64,000 bases of DNA from Bacillota bacterium (GTDB taxonomy: Bacteria > Bacillota > UBA994): the NCBI GenBank assembly GCA_009773495.1, contig WSXW01000008.1, positions 64,050-128,049 on the forward strand, read 5' to 3'. The notes under the pieces are model-generated. The model made no database searches, was not told the origin of the DNA, and saw only the letters and a list, made by a program, of their open reading frames with translations. Shown here one piece after another: positions 1 to 9,757 of the stretch. Position 1 is the first letter of the stretch. Each line of letters starts with the position of its first letter. Position numbers and translations under genes: made by a program.

Positions 1-906
1 AAGGCCAGTATTGTAGACGACAAACTATGGTCTCTACCGACCACCGTGCGCACGCTCGCGCTCCTGTGGAACAAAGACCATTTCACCGCAGCTGGACTCG
101 ACCCTGAAAAACCACCCACAACCTGGGCAGAGCTCGTCGAAATGTCCAAGCAGCTTACCAAGCGCGAGGCTAACGGGCAATTGACTCAAGCTGGCTTTGC
201 CTATAACACCGCTGGTCAAGGCCATAACTGGCTAAGAGAAGTACTCCTGCCCCAAGCCGGCGTGCAACTTCTCAGCAACGACGGACGTACCGTTACCTGG
301 AACTCTACCCCTGCAGCCTATGACGCGCTGCAATGGTTTGTAGACCTTGCCAAGAAAGAAAAGGTCGGCGAAATCGGTTTCTTTGACAACGATTCTAACG
401 CCTTTATAAATGGCAAAGCCTCAATTACAGTTGACGGTTCATTCCGTTTAGGCACACTGAGGAAGAATGCCCCTGATCTCAAGTTTGGCGTGGCCGAGCT
501 ACCAGTTAAAGAAGCTGGCGACGACAAGCTGACTTTCGCTTCTTACTGGACCCACGCTATCACCAAGAGCGCCTCTGGTGCCAAGCTCGAGGCAGCAGCT
601 AAGTTCCTGCAGTTTATTACCAGCGAAGCCTCGATGGAGCTCTACATGAAAGAGACAGGTGAATTGGCAGCTCGTAAATCCTTTGCAGCGCGTAAAGACC
701 TGTCCGAAGATCCTAAGCTCGGCGGCTTTGTACGTGGCTTGGCTTATGCCGAAACCACCTTTATGCCAGACGAGTCTATCATTCGTACGGCTATGATCGA
801 CGCTGTAGACAGGATGCTGCTGCAAGGCGCCTCCGCCAAAGACTCCCTAGACCAAGCCGCCAAAGACGCCCAAGCAGCCTACGACGAATTCTACAAGGGC
901 AAATAA
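1..906 (+). CDS. Sugar ABC transporter extracellular solute-binding protein (5' partial)
   Basis: Frame is open from base 1; LLWNKDHF..AGLDPEKPPTTWAEL motif of family-1 solute-binding proteins; followed by two permeases. Confidence 0.9.
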   Translation, partial: KASIVDDKLWSLPTTVRTLALLWNKDHFTAAGLDPEKPPTTWAELVEMSKQLTKREANGQLTQAGFAYNTAGQGHNWLREVLLPQAGVQLLSNDGRTVTWNSTPAAYDALQWFVDLAKKEKVGEIGFFDNDSNAFINGKASITVDGSFRLGTLRKNAPDLKFGVAELPVKEAGDDKLTFASYWTHAITKSASGAKLEAAAKFLQFITSEASMELYMKETGELAARKSFAARKDLSEDPKLGGFVRGLAYAETTFMPDESIIRTAMIDAVDRMLLQGASAKDSLDQAAKDAQAAYDEFYKGK

Positions 907-922
907 ACGACGAGAACAGGTA

Positions 923-1090
923 ACTGTACCACTGATTTGTACTGATTATGGGGGCGGATTGACACTGATTCAACTTAAGGACCTAGGTCGCCTAGGGATG
1001 TCACAATTCCATATCCACAGCAAAACACCTACCCTCTCAGTGCCCTCAGAGTAATCAGGTCTCGTTCAGTGGTGCCGTATCCTCCCTCCC
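923..1090. repeat. MITE-like element with inverted ends (ACTGTACCACTGA ... TCAGTGGTGCCGT) and internal ACTGATT units
   Basis: 1053-1073 AATCAGGTCTCGTTCAGTGGT is identical to 61174-61194; related arms at 50749-50785 and 58963-59008. Confidence 0.7.
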
Positions 1091-1139
1091 CACGTAATCG
1101 AAGGAGCTGGCTCTCGCGAGTCAGCTCCACTCTAGAAGG

Positions 1140-2069
1140 GTGGCGATAGCAGTGAAACCAGAGCTTAAACCCAGGCACAAAGGACTGACACTGCGTCAAC
1201 AAAACAACCTATGGGCGTATGCCTTCATTGCTGTGCCCGTTATCTACTTCTTTTTAGTCCGGGTATGGCCCACTTTATCTTCATTTAACGTCAGCTTGCG
1301 CAGCTGGAACATCGTCTCTACCAATCGCCCCTTTGTAGGGCTAGACAACTATAAGCAGATGTATGCTGACCCCATATTCCGTAAAGCTTTGTATAACACA
1401 CTGCGATATGTCCTAATCGGTGTGCCAGCACAAATGGTTATAGCCCTAGGCATAGCGCTCTTGATCCAGCGCGTAGTCAAGTTTGCCGGGGTATTTAGAA
1501 CAGCCTATTTTATACCCTTTATTACCTCAGCTGTCGCCGTCAGCTGGGTATGGCGATTTATGTTTATGCGCCACTCCGGCTTGATTAATGGTATACTGCT
1601 TAAACTCGGATTCCCTCAGCAAGGCTTTCTCAACGACCCCCAACAGGCCCTGTGGGTTATTGCCGCCTCGATCATTTGGCAAGGGCTCGGTTTTCAGATT
1701 GTTATCTTCCTCGCAGGGTTATTGACCATCCCCCAGATGTATTATGAAGCTGCACAAATTGATGGGGCCAGCGAATGGCAGATCTTTAAGAACATTACCA
1801 TCCCCCTGCTTAACCCCACCATTGTCTTTTCATCTGTATTGGCGACCATCCGTTTCTTGCAGACCTTTACCCAGATAGTTAACATGAGCAGCCAAGGTCG
1901 CGGTGGGCCCCTCAACAGTACCTTGAGCGTGGTGCTGCATATCTATCAGACCGCCTTTGAGCGCTTTAATATGGGCTATGCCTCGGCCATGACCGTAGTG
2001 CTCTTCCTGATTATTATGGCCATAACTATCTTTCAGCTTAAAGTGCTGACTAAGAAATTTGAGTATTAG
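1140..2069 (+). CDS. Carbohydrate ABC transporter permease (MalF/UgpA type)
   Basis: Multiple TM segments; EAA motif YYEAAQIDGAS. Confidence 0.92.
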   Translation: MAIAVKPELKPRHKGLTLRQQNNLWAYAFIAVPVIYFFLVRVWPTLSSFNVSLRSWNIVSTNRPFVGLDNYKQMYADPIFRKALYNTLRYVLIGVPAQMVIALGIALLIQRVVKFAGVFRTAYFIPFITSAVAVSWVWRFMFMRHSGLINGILLKLGFPQQGFLNDPQQALWVIAASIIWQGLGFQIVIFLAGLLTIPQMYYEAAQIDGASEWQIFKNITIPLLNPTIVFSSVLATIRFLQTFTQIVNMSSQGRGGPLNSTLSVVLHIYQTAFERFNMGYASAMTVVLFLIIMAITIFQLKVLTKKFEY

Positions 2070-2079
2070 GGGGGTAGAG

Positions 2080-2910
2080 ATGAACGAGAGCATCTCCAGA
2101 CGCAAGATTGTCCAGGCTGTAATCTACGCCCTCTTGATCATAGGGTCGATAGTAATGCTGTTCCCATTTGTATGGATGTTATCTACTTCGTTTAAGCTCC
2201 CATCCGAGGTTTACGATCTCAATATTGTGCCAAAGACCTTTACCCTTGACAATTACCGCACCGTACTTACCAGCAACATGTTTGGCCGCTGGTTCGTTAA
2301 TAGTCTCTTGATTGCAGTTATCAGCACCGTCACTACAGTCTTTTTTGCCTCCATGGTCGGATACGCCTTCGCCAAGAAGAAATTCCCCGGCCAGAACTTC
2401 TTCTTCCTAATGATCTTGAGTTCTCTCATGGTGCCGGTAGAAATGCTGATTATTCCCTGGTACATCACAGCTGTAAAGTACGGCTGGACAGACAGCTACT
2501 GGGGCATTATGTTCCCCGGGCTGATCACGGCCTTTGGCGTGTTCTTAATGAAGCAATTTATGGAGGGCGTGCCTACAGATATGCTCGATGCCGCCCGTAT
2601 CGATGGTATGAGCGAGCTTGGCATCTGGTGGCACATCGCCATGCCGCAGGTGCGCTCAGCTCTAGCGGCACTCGGCATCTTCACCTTTTTGGGCACGTGG
2701 AATGCCTTTCTCTGGCCAGTGATAATTATAGACAGCCCGCATATGCGTACGCTGCCGGTAGGCATCTCGCTCTTTGCTACGGAGAATGCCGCCAACTGGC
2801 ACCTCTCTATGACGGCAGCGGCGATTGCCTTAATCCCCGTGCTGGTCGTCTTTGCTATCTTCCAGAAGCACATTATCGAGGGTATAACCATTACGGGGAT
2901 GAAGGGGTAG
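2080..2910 (+). CDS. Carbohydrate ABC transporter permease (MalG/UgpE type)
   Basis: DAARIDGMS EAA motif, WNAFLWP; ATG at 2080 follows a G-rich RBS. Confidence 0.92.
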   Translation: MNESISRRKIVQAVIYALLIIGSIVMLFPFVWMLSTSFKLPSEVYDLNIVPKTFTLDNYRTVLTSNMFGRWFVNSLLIAVISTVTTVFFASMVGYAFAKKKFPGQNFFFLMILSSLMVPVEMLIIPWYITAVKYGWTDSYWGIMFPGLITAFGVFLMKQFMEGVPTDMLDAARIDGMSELGIWWHIAMPQVRSALAALGIFTFLGTWNAFLWPVIIIDSPHMRTLPVGISLFATENAANWHLSMTAAAIALIPVLVVFAIFQKHIIEGITITGMKG

Positions 2911-3053
2911 TATTGTTGCTACTACCTACCAAAACGGCATAGGCATTGCCGGTGCAATTATCATGTTTCTGGTATCCTTCAACCCCTTCATAAAATTCAG
3001 TCCCTTCTGTTACCCGACAGCCAGCCTGCGAAAAGGGTGGCGATAGGGCGTGT

Positions 3054-3973
3054 CAACAAGAAGAATTAGCATCTTTTTTTGAAACGACTAAAGATGTGAA
3101 AAGAATTTTACAAAACTTAACGATGGTGAACGGCTCGCCAATTTTACCGGAAAAAACTTTAATTATATTTGATGAAATACAGGAGTGCAACAAGGCGCTC
3201 AATACACTAAAGTATTTCTGCGAGAAGGCACCGGAATATCATCTAGCTTGCGCAGGTTTGCTTTTAGGGATTGCCCTGTCTAAGCCCTCATCATTTCCTG
3301 TAGGTAAAGTTGACTTTATTACTATCAATCCAATGAGCTTTACTGAATTTTTAATTGCCAATGGTGATGAGAATTTAGTGGACTATCTGAAAAGTATTGA
3401 TGTAATTGAACTAGTGCAGTAAAAGATGGCGCAAGGGCAAGGGAGTATGAAGATGCTGTTACCTGGCTGTGCAATGCCGGTATGGCCTATAAGATATATA
3501 GAAGTACAAAACCCGGACTACCCATGTCTGCTTATGATGATTTGACAGCTTTCAAATTATATGCCGTGGATACTGGATTGTTACGTAGATTGGCGCATCT
3601 TGATCCTATTGCTTTTAATGAAGGTATCCGTCTGTTTACTGAATTTAAAAGTGCATTGGCCGAAAACTTTATATTACAAGGTTTAGCGGACAAATATGAA
3701 GCAATACCGAGATATTGGACATCGGGAGGGCAGGCGGAAGTCGACTTTATCATCCAACGCGGTAATGATATTATCCCAATCGAAGTAAAAGCTGAGCAAA
3801 ATATTAATAGTAGAAGTCTCACGTTATATAGACAAAAATATCAAGCTGAAACAAAAATACGCTTAAGGTTTTCACTTAGGAATCTGAAACAAGACGGAAA
3901 CTTATTAAATATCCCGCTTTTCATGATCGATTATGTAGATAAGCTTATAGAGCTGGGATTAAAAAATAGCTGA
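3054..3973 (+). pseudogene. AAA_14/DUF4143 ATP-binding protein, lacking its N-terminus and internally deleted
   Basis: Walker B LIIFDEIQ and SFPVGKV in the first fragment; frame change near 3412 into DGARAREYEDA; C-terminal EVDFIIQ..IPIEVK; no Walker A. Confidence 0.8.
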
Positions 3974-4027
3974 GCCCCCTATTATCTATAGGGCGGCTGG
4001 AACCGTGACATTTAGCTCTTCAAGCTC

Positions 4028-4140
4028 TTAGCCTAGGTTCTCGGACGACTTCGCCTCTAGTGGGATAATGTTGCCTTGCCTGTCCTGGAACACGAAGTCT
4101 AGCTCAGCCTTACCCTCAGAGGACCAGTAGTACGTTCCAT
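4028..4140 (-). pseudogene. Fragment of a second DUF4143-type ATPase C-terminus
   Basis: YYWSSEGKAELDFVFQDRQGNIIPLEAKS parallels YWTSGGQAEVDFIIQRGNDIIPIEVKA of the neighbouring pseudogene. Confidence 0.65.
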
Positions 4141-4242
4141 AAAGTGTAGTCACCTCACATTTATTATAACTATAATGTGATCGCAGCAATATCCCCATTT
4201 TGAGCCCCTTTCCTTGCAGAAGTAGCCAACGCTTTATGAGGA

Positions 4243-4409
4243 TGTCCAGGCTGTAATCTACGCCCTCTTGATCATAGGGTCGATAGTGCCGGTAGAGATG
4301 CTGATTATTCCCTGGTACATCACAGCTGTAAAGTACGGCTGGACAGACAGCTACTGGGGCATTATGTTCCCCGGGCTGCTCACGGCCTTTGGCGTGTTCT
4401 TTGATGAAG
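4243..4409 (+). repeat. Near-identical, internally deleted copy of part of the permease gene at 2080-2910
   Basis: 4243-4287 matches 2109-2153, joined directly to a copy of about 2433-2553. Confidence 0.9.
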
Positions 4410-4430
4410 GGATAACACACTAGTATAAAA

Positions 4431-5273
4431 TCAGCTATGTCCGAACACATCTGCCAGTGTGCAGGTCAAAGACCCAGAGGCTGCGGAGTCCAATACACGG
4501 GATTCAGCTTTGAATAGTGGCATGATTCCCAATAGCGAGTTCGTCAGAAAGGCTTCGTCCGCTTGTTTGAAGTCCTGTGGAGTCAGAACTGTCTCCCTGA
4601 CGGCTAGGCCCTTCTCTTTACAGAGTTCCAGCACTTTGCCGCGGATAATTCCCGGCAGGGCCCCGTCTGCAATGCGGGGGGTGAGGATTTCACCATCTTT
4701 GATCAGAAACAAGTTGGAGACAGAACCTTCCGCGAGGTGGCCCTTGGTATTTAGGAGGATAGCTTCGTCCGCGTTCCGGGATCGCGCCTCTTTTCTGGCG
4801 AGAATACTGTCCATGAAGTTGGTTGTTTTATGACGGGATAGGGGAGATTGTTCATTGCGGCGGGTGGTTTGGGCAATAAGGGCGGTGAGGCCCCGCTCGT
4901 AGAGACTTTGTGTGTACTGTTCACCACGGCGGAAGGTAATCAGGATGTTTAAAGTGCTGTCCGGAGCGCATAGGAGACCTTCGCTCTCTTGGGGGGAGAT
5001 TGTGAGACGAAGTGCTGCGGCCTCTAAGGCGTTGGCTTCAATGACTTCCCGGACGGAATCAGTAAGCTTATCCTGAGAAGGTGCGTTGTAGTCGAACGCG
5101 ACACAGGAGGTAAGGAGCCGCTGCAGATGCTCAGCAAAGTAGACCGGTTTTCCCCGGCGAACGAGCATGGTCTCAAAGAGGCCGTCGCCCAGTAGGTAGG
5201 AACGGTCTGTAACGCCAAGGCGGCAGTCGGTTGTGGGCAATAGAGCGCCGTTAAGATAGTAGCAGTCAGTCAC
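4431..5273 (-). CDS. pabC: Aminodeoxychorismate lyase (aminotransferase class IV)
   Basis: GDGLFET, HKTTN, EGSVSNLF and LPGIIR motifs; last gene of the folate operon. Confidence 0.85.
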   Translation of the reverse strand: MTDCYYLNGALLPTTDCRLGVTDRSYLLGDGLFETMLVRRGKPVYFAEHLQRLLTSCVAFDYNAPSQDKLTDSVREVIEANALEAAALRLTISPQESEGLLCAPDSTLNILITFRRGEQYTQSLYERGLTALIAQTTRRNEQSPLSRHKTTNFMDSILARKEARSRNADEAILLNTKGHLAEGSVSNLFLIKDGEILTPRIADGALPGIIRGKVLELCKEKGLAVRETVLTPQDFKQADEAFLTNSLLGIMPLFKAESRVLDSAASGSLTCTLADVFGHS

Positions 5274-6706
5274 AGGTTCACCTCCGGGAATTGGGAGACG
5301 CCCAGACTCTTCAGCAGCGCTTTAGCTTTATGGAGAGTCTCTTCGTATTCCAGGCTGGCCTCTGAATCGAAAACAATGCCGCCGCCAACCTGCAGATGTA
5401 CATTTTCCCCTTTGTTAATGAGGGTACGGATAACAATATTTAAATCGGCGTGGCCGTCAAATCCAATATAGCCGATGGAGCCGGTGTAGATGCCTCGGCG
5501 GACTGGTTCTAGCTCTTCGATGATTTCCATGGCCCGGATTTTTGGGGTGCCGGTAATGGAACCGCCGGGGAAGGACGCTTTTAACAGGTCTATGGCGTCT
5601 TTGCCGGGGGCCAGTTCACCGCGGATGGTGGACACCAGGTGGAACACGGTGGCATACTCTTCCAGAACGATCAGTTCCGGAACGCGGACGGTGCTGTAAG
5701 AGCAGACCCGCCCCAGGTCGTTTCTTTGCAGGTCAATAATCATGACCAGCTCGGCGCGGTCTTTTTCACTGACAAGGAGTTCCTCGCGGTTGGCTTTGTC
5801 TTCTTCCGGCGTTTTGCCGCGGGGGCGTGTACCTTTGATGGGGCGTGACTCCACCACATTGTTTTCCAAGCGGAGAAAGCGCTCCGGTGAAGAACTGAGG
5901 ACACGGAGATTATCGCCGCAGTCCAGGTAAGCGGCAAAAGGTGCCGGATTGGCCTGGCGGAGCCGCCGGTAGAGCTGATAAGGTGGCATGCGCAGAGGCG
6001 CGTCCAAGCGCTGCGTCATATTTGCCTGGTAGATATCACCGGCTACGATATAATCCTTAATAGTCTCCACGGCCCTGCAGTAGTCAGCATAGCTGAAGTG
6101 TGTGCGGATATCTGCGGTGTCGATAGCGGGCTCTGACCATGGATCGGATAGCTTGGGTGCGGGTTGTGTTAGTTTTTCTTTAAATAGGGCCAAGTCAGCT
6201 ACTGCCTTGGCAGCAGCCTTTTCGCCCTCTGCGGGGAGGCCGGAGGCGATAATGTAGGCCCGGTTTTCCAGGTGTTCAACAGCAAGGATGGTATGATAGA
6301 AACCGAGAGAGATATCGGGGACGTTCAAATCGTTTGTAGTCCGGTCCGGTATGCGCTCCGCCATGCGGCCGAGGTCATATGAAAAAAAGCCCACAGCGCC
6401 GCCGAGGAAAGGGATGTTCAGGTCCCCCCGCTCCAGAGGGAAGCGGTTAAGCTGTGTGCGCAGAACAGTAAAGGGATTGGCCGTAGTTTGAAGGGTTACG
6501 CCCTTTTCTTCGATACGGATGTCCCGGCCAAATGTTTTCAGAACCAAGAAAGGGTCGCTGCCTATAAAGGACCAGCGGCCCATTTTACCGCCTGGAAGGC
6601 TGCTGTCGAGCCAAAACGGATACGGGTCGTCTGTAAATAAGGAAAATATTTCTTCAAGGGGACGATCCAACACCAATTCCTCAACAATAGGTCTTAGCCG
6701 ACTCAC
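5270..6706 (-). CDS. pabB: Aminodeoxychorismate synthase component I
   Basis: [35 protein letters not shown] chorismate-binding motifs; PIKGT is characteristic of PabB. Confidence 0.92.
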   Translation of the reverse strand: MSRLRPIVEELVLDRPLEEIFSLFTDDPYPFWLDSSLPGGKMGRWSFIGSDPFLVLKTFGRDIRIEEKGVTLQTTANPFTVLRTQLNRFPLERGDLNIPFLGGAVGFFSYDLGRMAERIPDRTTNDLNVPDISLGFYHTILAVEHLENRAYIIASGLPAEGEKAAAKAVADLALFKEKLTQPAPKLSDPWSEPAIDTADIRTHFSYADYCRAVETIKDYIVAGDIYQANMTQRLDAPLRMPPYQLYRRLRQANPAPFAAYLDCGDNLRVLSSSPERFLRLENNVVESRPIKGTRPRGKTPEEDKANREELLVSEKDRAELVMIIDLQRNDLGRVCSYSTVRVPELIVLEEYATVFHLVSTIRGELAPGKDAIDLLKASFPGGSITGTPKIRAMEIIEELEPVRRGIYTGSIGYIGFDGHADLNIVIRTLINKGENVHLQVGGGIVFDSEASLEYEETLHKAKALLKSLGVSQFPEVNL

Positions 6707-7296
6707 TGGCTCCCCCCCTTTTCGTGCGCCTGGCAGCGCAGGAAATTAGCAAGCAGTTCCATGCCGTGCTCTGTGAGGATTGCTTCCGGGTGGAACTGGA
6801 TCCCTTCCAGGAAGGGAAGATGTTTGTGACGGAGCCCCATAATATCTCCCTGCTCTGTTACGGCGGTAATTTCCAGGCAGTCCGGGAGGGTCTCCCGCTC
6901 CACCAAGAGGGAATGATAGCGTGTAGCCCAAAAAGGCGTGGGGAGGCCGGAGAAAACTCCTTTACTGCAGTGTTTGATGAGCGATGTTTTGCCGTGGACC
7001 GGCACTCCTGCGCGGATGATACGGCCGCCAAAAACCTGTCCCAGGCACTGGTGCCCGAGGCAGATGCCCAAGATAGGAATTTCTCCGGCGAAACGGCGGA
7101 TTACATCCATGGAGATGCCGGCTTCGCTTGGTGTACAGGGGCCGGGTGAAATGACAATGCGGTCGGGATTCAGCCCGGCGATACCTTCCAAGGTAATGCA
7201 ATTGTTGCGAAAGACGCGAATTTCAGCGCCGAGTTCGCCCAGGAACTGTACCAGATTGTATGTGAAGGAATCGTAGTTGTCGATCATCACAAGCAT
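6703..7296 (-). CDS. pabA: Aminodeoxychorismate/anthranilate synthase component II (glutamine amidotransferase)
   Basis: [27 protein letters not shown]. Confidence 0.92.
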   Translation of the reverse strand: MLVMIDNYDSFTYNLVQFLGELGAEIRVFRNNCITLEGIAGLNPDRIVISPGPCTPSEAGISMDVIRRFAGEIPILGICLGHQCLGQVFGGRIIRAGVPVHGKTSLIKHCSKGVFSGLPTPFWATRYHSLLVERETLPDCLEITAVTEQGDIMGLRHKHLPFLEGIQFHPEAILTEHGMELLANFLRCQAHEKGGSQ

Positions 7297-7300
7297 AAGC

Positions 7301-7768
7301 TCACCTGCTTTGGCGGTAATTGTTTAAAAGCTCTCGTATAGTCAAATTGTCGGGCGGGACAGGCACGTCCGGCCCGATTTCAGTCAGAGGCAGCAGGACA
7401 AATTCCCGTTCCTTCATACGCGGATGAGGGATAGTAAGATTGGGTTCATCCATTACCCAGTCGTCATATAAAAGTATATCGATATCTAGGGTGCGCGGCC
7501 CCCAGCGGATAGTGCGGATACGACCCGCCTCCTCTTCGATGGTCTGCAACACCCAGAGGAGTGTATACGGGTCTAGTATTGTCCGGATTTCTACAACCGT
7601 ATTTATAAATTTACCCTGTTCCAGATAACCAACAGGGTCGGTTTCCAGGTATGGGGCGACCTGAATCAGTTCGATACCCGGGTGCTGACGCAGGCGGCAT
7701 ACGGCAAAATCCAGCTCATTTTTTCGCTCGCCCAAGTTGCTGCCAAGTCCCAGGAAGACTCGTGGCAT
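7301..7768 (-). CDS. folK: 2-amino-4-hydroxy-6-hydroxymethyldihydropteridine diphosphokinase
   Basis: [26 protein letters not shown]. Confidence 0.95.
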   Translation of the reverse strand: MPRVFLGLGSNLGERKNELDFAVCRLRQHPGIELIQVAPYLETDPVGYLEQGKFINTVVEIRTILDPYTLLWVLQTIEEEAGRIRTIRWGPRTLDIDILLYDDWVMDEPNLTIPHPRMKEREFVLLPLTEIGPDVPVPPDNLTIRELLNNYRQSR

Positions 7769-8124
7769 CAGGTGCGGCTCCTTTCAATCTCCACCGCGGC
7801 ATAATCCATTTGTCCGGGGATGGGGGGGTGGAGTTTTTTTACTCTGACGCGCACCCACAGCGCACCCATATCGAGGACATTGTCAGCGATGGTTTCCGCC
7901 AGCCTCTCCAGGAGTTTCACAGGAGTTCCTGCCATGATTTTTTTCACCGCGTCATAAACCTCGGCGTAGTTTAATGACAGGGCTAGGTCGTCGCTTAGGC
8001 CGGCGGCGCTAGTGTTCGTGCCGATAACCAGGCTGACGGCGAAGCGCTGGCCGAGGCGGTTTTCTTCCGCCAGAACACCGTGGTAACCGTAAAACAGCAT
8101 GTTCTCCAGGATAATTTTATCCAA
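7768..8124 (-). CDS. folB: Dihydroneopterin aldolase
   Basis: FYGYHGV..EE..LGQRF, LNYAEV, LLERLA. Confidence 0.93.
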   Translation of the reverse strand: MDKIILENMLFYGYHGVLAEENRLGQRFAVSLVIGTNTSAAGLSDDLALSLNYAEVYDAVKKIMAGTPVKLLERLAETIADNVLDMGALWVRVRVKKLHPPIPGQMDYAAVEIERSRT

Positions 8125-8949
8125 TTAAAATCCTCCTCGCATCATGGCGTCTGTCATACGCGCCACCCTGCTCATCGCTTGGACGTCGTGGACGCGGACA
8201 ATACTGGCTCCGAGGGCAATACCAAATGCAACAGTCGCGGCCGTCCCCTCCAGCCGCTGGTCAACCGGCAGGTTGAGAACCTTGCCGATCACCGATTTGC
8301 GGGATGTGCCCAGCAGGACGGGGTAGCCCAGTGATGCAACCTCATTTAAACGCTTCATTACAATAAGGTTGTGGGCCGGTGTCTTGCCAAAGCCAATCCC
8401 CGGGTCAAGAATAATATTTTCCTCGCGGACGCCGCTGGCGCTGGCCAGGGCGGCACTGGCCAAAAGATCGGCCCTGATTTCCGACATCAAGTCATGGTAG
8501 ACGGCCTCCGCGCGGTTGTGCATCAGACAGATGGGCACACCGGCGGAGGCGGCCAGCTTCAGCATGTTATGGTCCCTGCGGCCGCCCCAGACATCGTTAA
8601 GCATAGCGGCTCCGGCGGCCAGAGCTTGTCGGGCCACCGAGACTTTGTAGGTGTCGATGGAGACCGGAGTATCAGTGGCGGCACAGATAGCGCGGATTAC
8701 AGGGATAACACGCGCCGCTTCCTCTTCCGCACCAAGCGGTTTGTGATCAGGGCGGGTGGATTCACCGCCGATGTCGATGATGTCGGCTCCTTCGTCTACC
8801 ATGCGGAGGGCGTGCTCTACCGCTTTCTTGGGGTCATAAAAAAGCCCGCCGTCGGAAAACGAATCGGGCGTCACATTGAGAATCCCCATAATCAAGGTGT
8901 TGTTTTTCAGGTTGTATTCTTTCCCCTTGATAATCATTTTCCTCGTCAT
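8125..8949 (-). CDS. folP: Dihydropteroate synthase
   Basis: MGILNVTPDSFSDGG, GGESTRP, DPGIGFGK, SRKS, RVHDV. Confidence 0.96.
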   Translation of the reverse strand: MTRKMIIKGKEYNLKNNTLIMGILNVTPDSFSDGGLFYDPKKAVEHALRMVDEGADIIDIGGESTRPDHKPLGAEEEAARVIPVIRAICAATDTPVSIDTYKVSVARQALAAGAAMLNDVWGGRRDHNMLKLAASAGVPICLMHNRAEAVYHDLMSEIRADLLASAALASASGVREENIILDPGIGFGKTPAHNLIVMKRLNEVASLGYPVLLGTSRKSVIGKVLNLPVDQRLEGTAATVAFGIALGASIVRVHDVQAMSRVARMTDAMMRGGF

Positions 8950-8959
8950 AAGGCCTCCA

Positions 8960-9529
8960 TTACCGGCCGCCCTTTAAGAGGGAGAACGCCTCCGCCCTTG
9001 TCAGATGGTTGGTGCGGAAGATGCCCCTGACGGCTGAAGTCACGGTAGTGGAGCCGGGCTTGTTCACGCCGCGCATAGTCATACAGAGATGTTCCGCTTC
9101 AATGACCACCAGTACGCCTTTGGCATCGAGCTTCTTGGTAATAGTTTCGGCAATTTCGGTGGTTAACCGTTCCTGTAGCTGCGGACGGCGGGCCAGTGTC
9201 TCCACAACACGGACCAGTTTGCTTAAGCCGGCGATTTTATCCGGGTTTGGGATGTAAGCCACATGGGCCCTCCCGTAGAAAGGCAACAAATGGTGTTCGC
9301 ACATGGAATAGATGCTGATATCCTTAACCATAACCATTTCATCATGCTTTTCCTCATAGAAACAGGTCGCCAGATGATCGCCGGGGTCGCAGTGCAATCC
9401 CGAAAAAACTTCGGAATACATTTTAGCCACCCGGGACGGCGTGTCCTGCAGGCCCTCCCGGTCGGGGTCCTCACCAATCGCTTCCAGAATCATACGTACG
9501 GCCTTCTGGATTTTTTGCTGATCTATCAT
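8960..9529 (-). CDS. folE: GTP cyclohydrolase I
   Basis: [29 protein letters not shown]. Confidence 0.96.
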   Translation of the reverse strand: MIDQQKIQKAVRMILEAIGEDPDREGLQDTPSRVAKMYSEVFSGLHCDPGDHLATCFYEEKHDEMVMVKDISIYSMCEHHLLPFYGRAHVAYIPNPDKIAGLSKLVRVVETLARRPQLQERLTTEIAETITKKLDAKGVLVVIEAEHLCMTMRGVNKPGSTTVTSAVRGIFRTNHLTRAEAFSLLKGGR

Positions 9530-9757
9530 AATGCCTCCAGATAAAAGTATTTTTTACTGTAATTCTTCATCGCTCCCTCTTTCCCTGCCGTGTTGGACTG
9601 TTTTTTAAGGTCCCGGCAAGAGACTGGCTAGGTACAAGGTATTGTCGGCTCTATTACAAATGTTTTGCCATGGTGCTTGTAATAGGAGAATTGGTGTTCC
9701 GCGTCGAAAGCTATAGGGAGAATGCGTACAACGAACAGAATCAGGAGGGAATTAATT

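Noticed and set aside
4028..4450. 140-aa minus-strand ORF as a real gene
   Set aside because: Chimera of the antisense permease duplicate and a DUF4143 fragment
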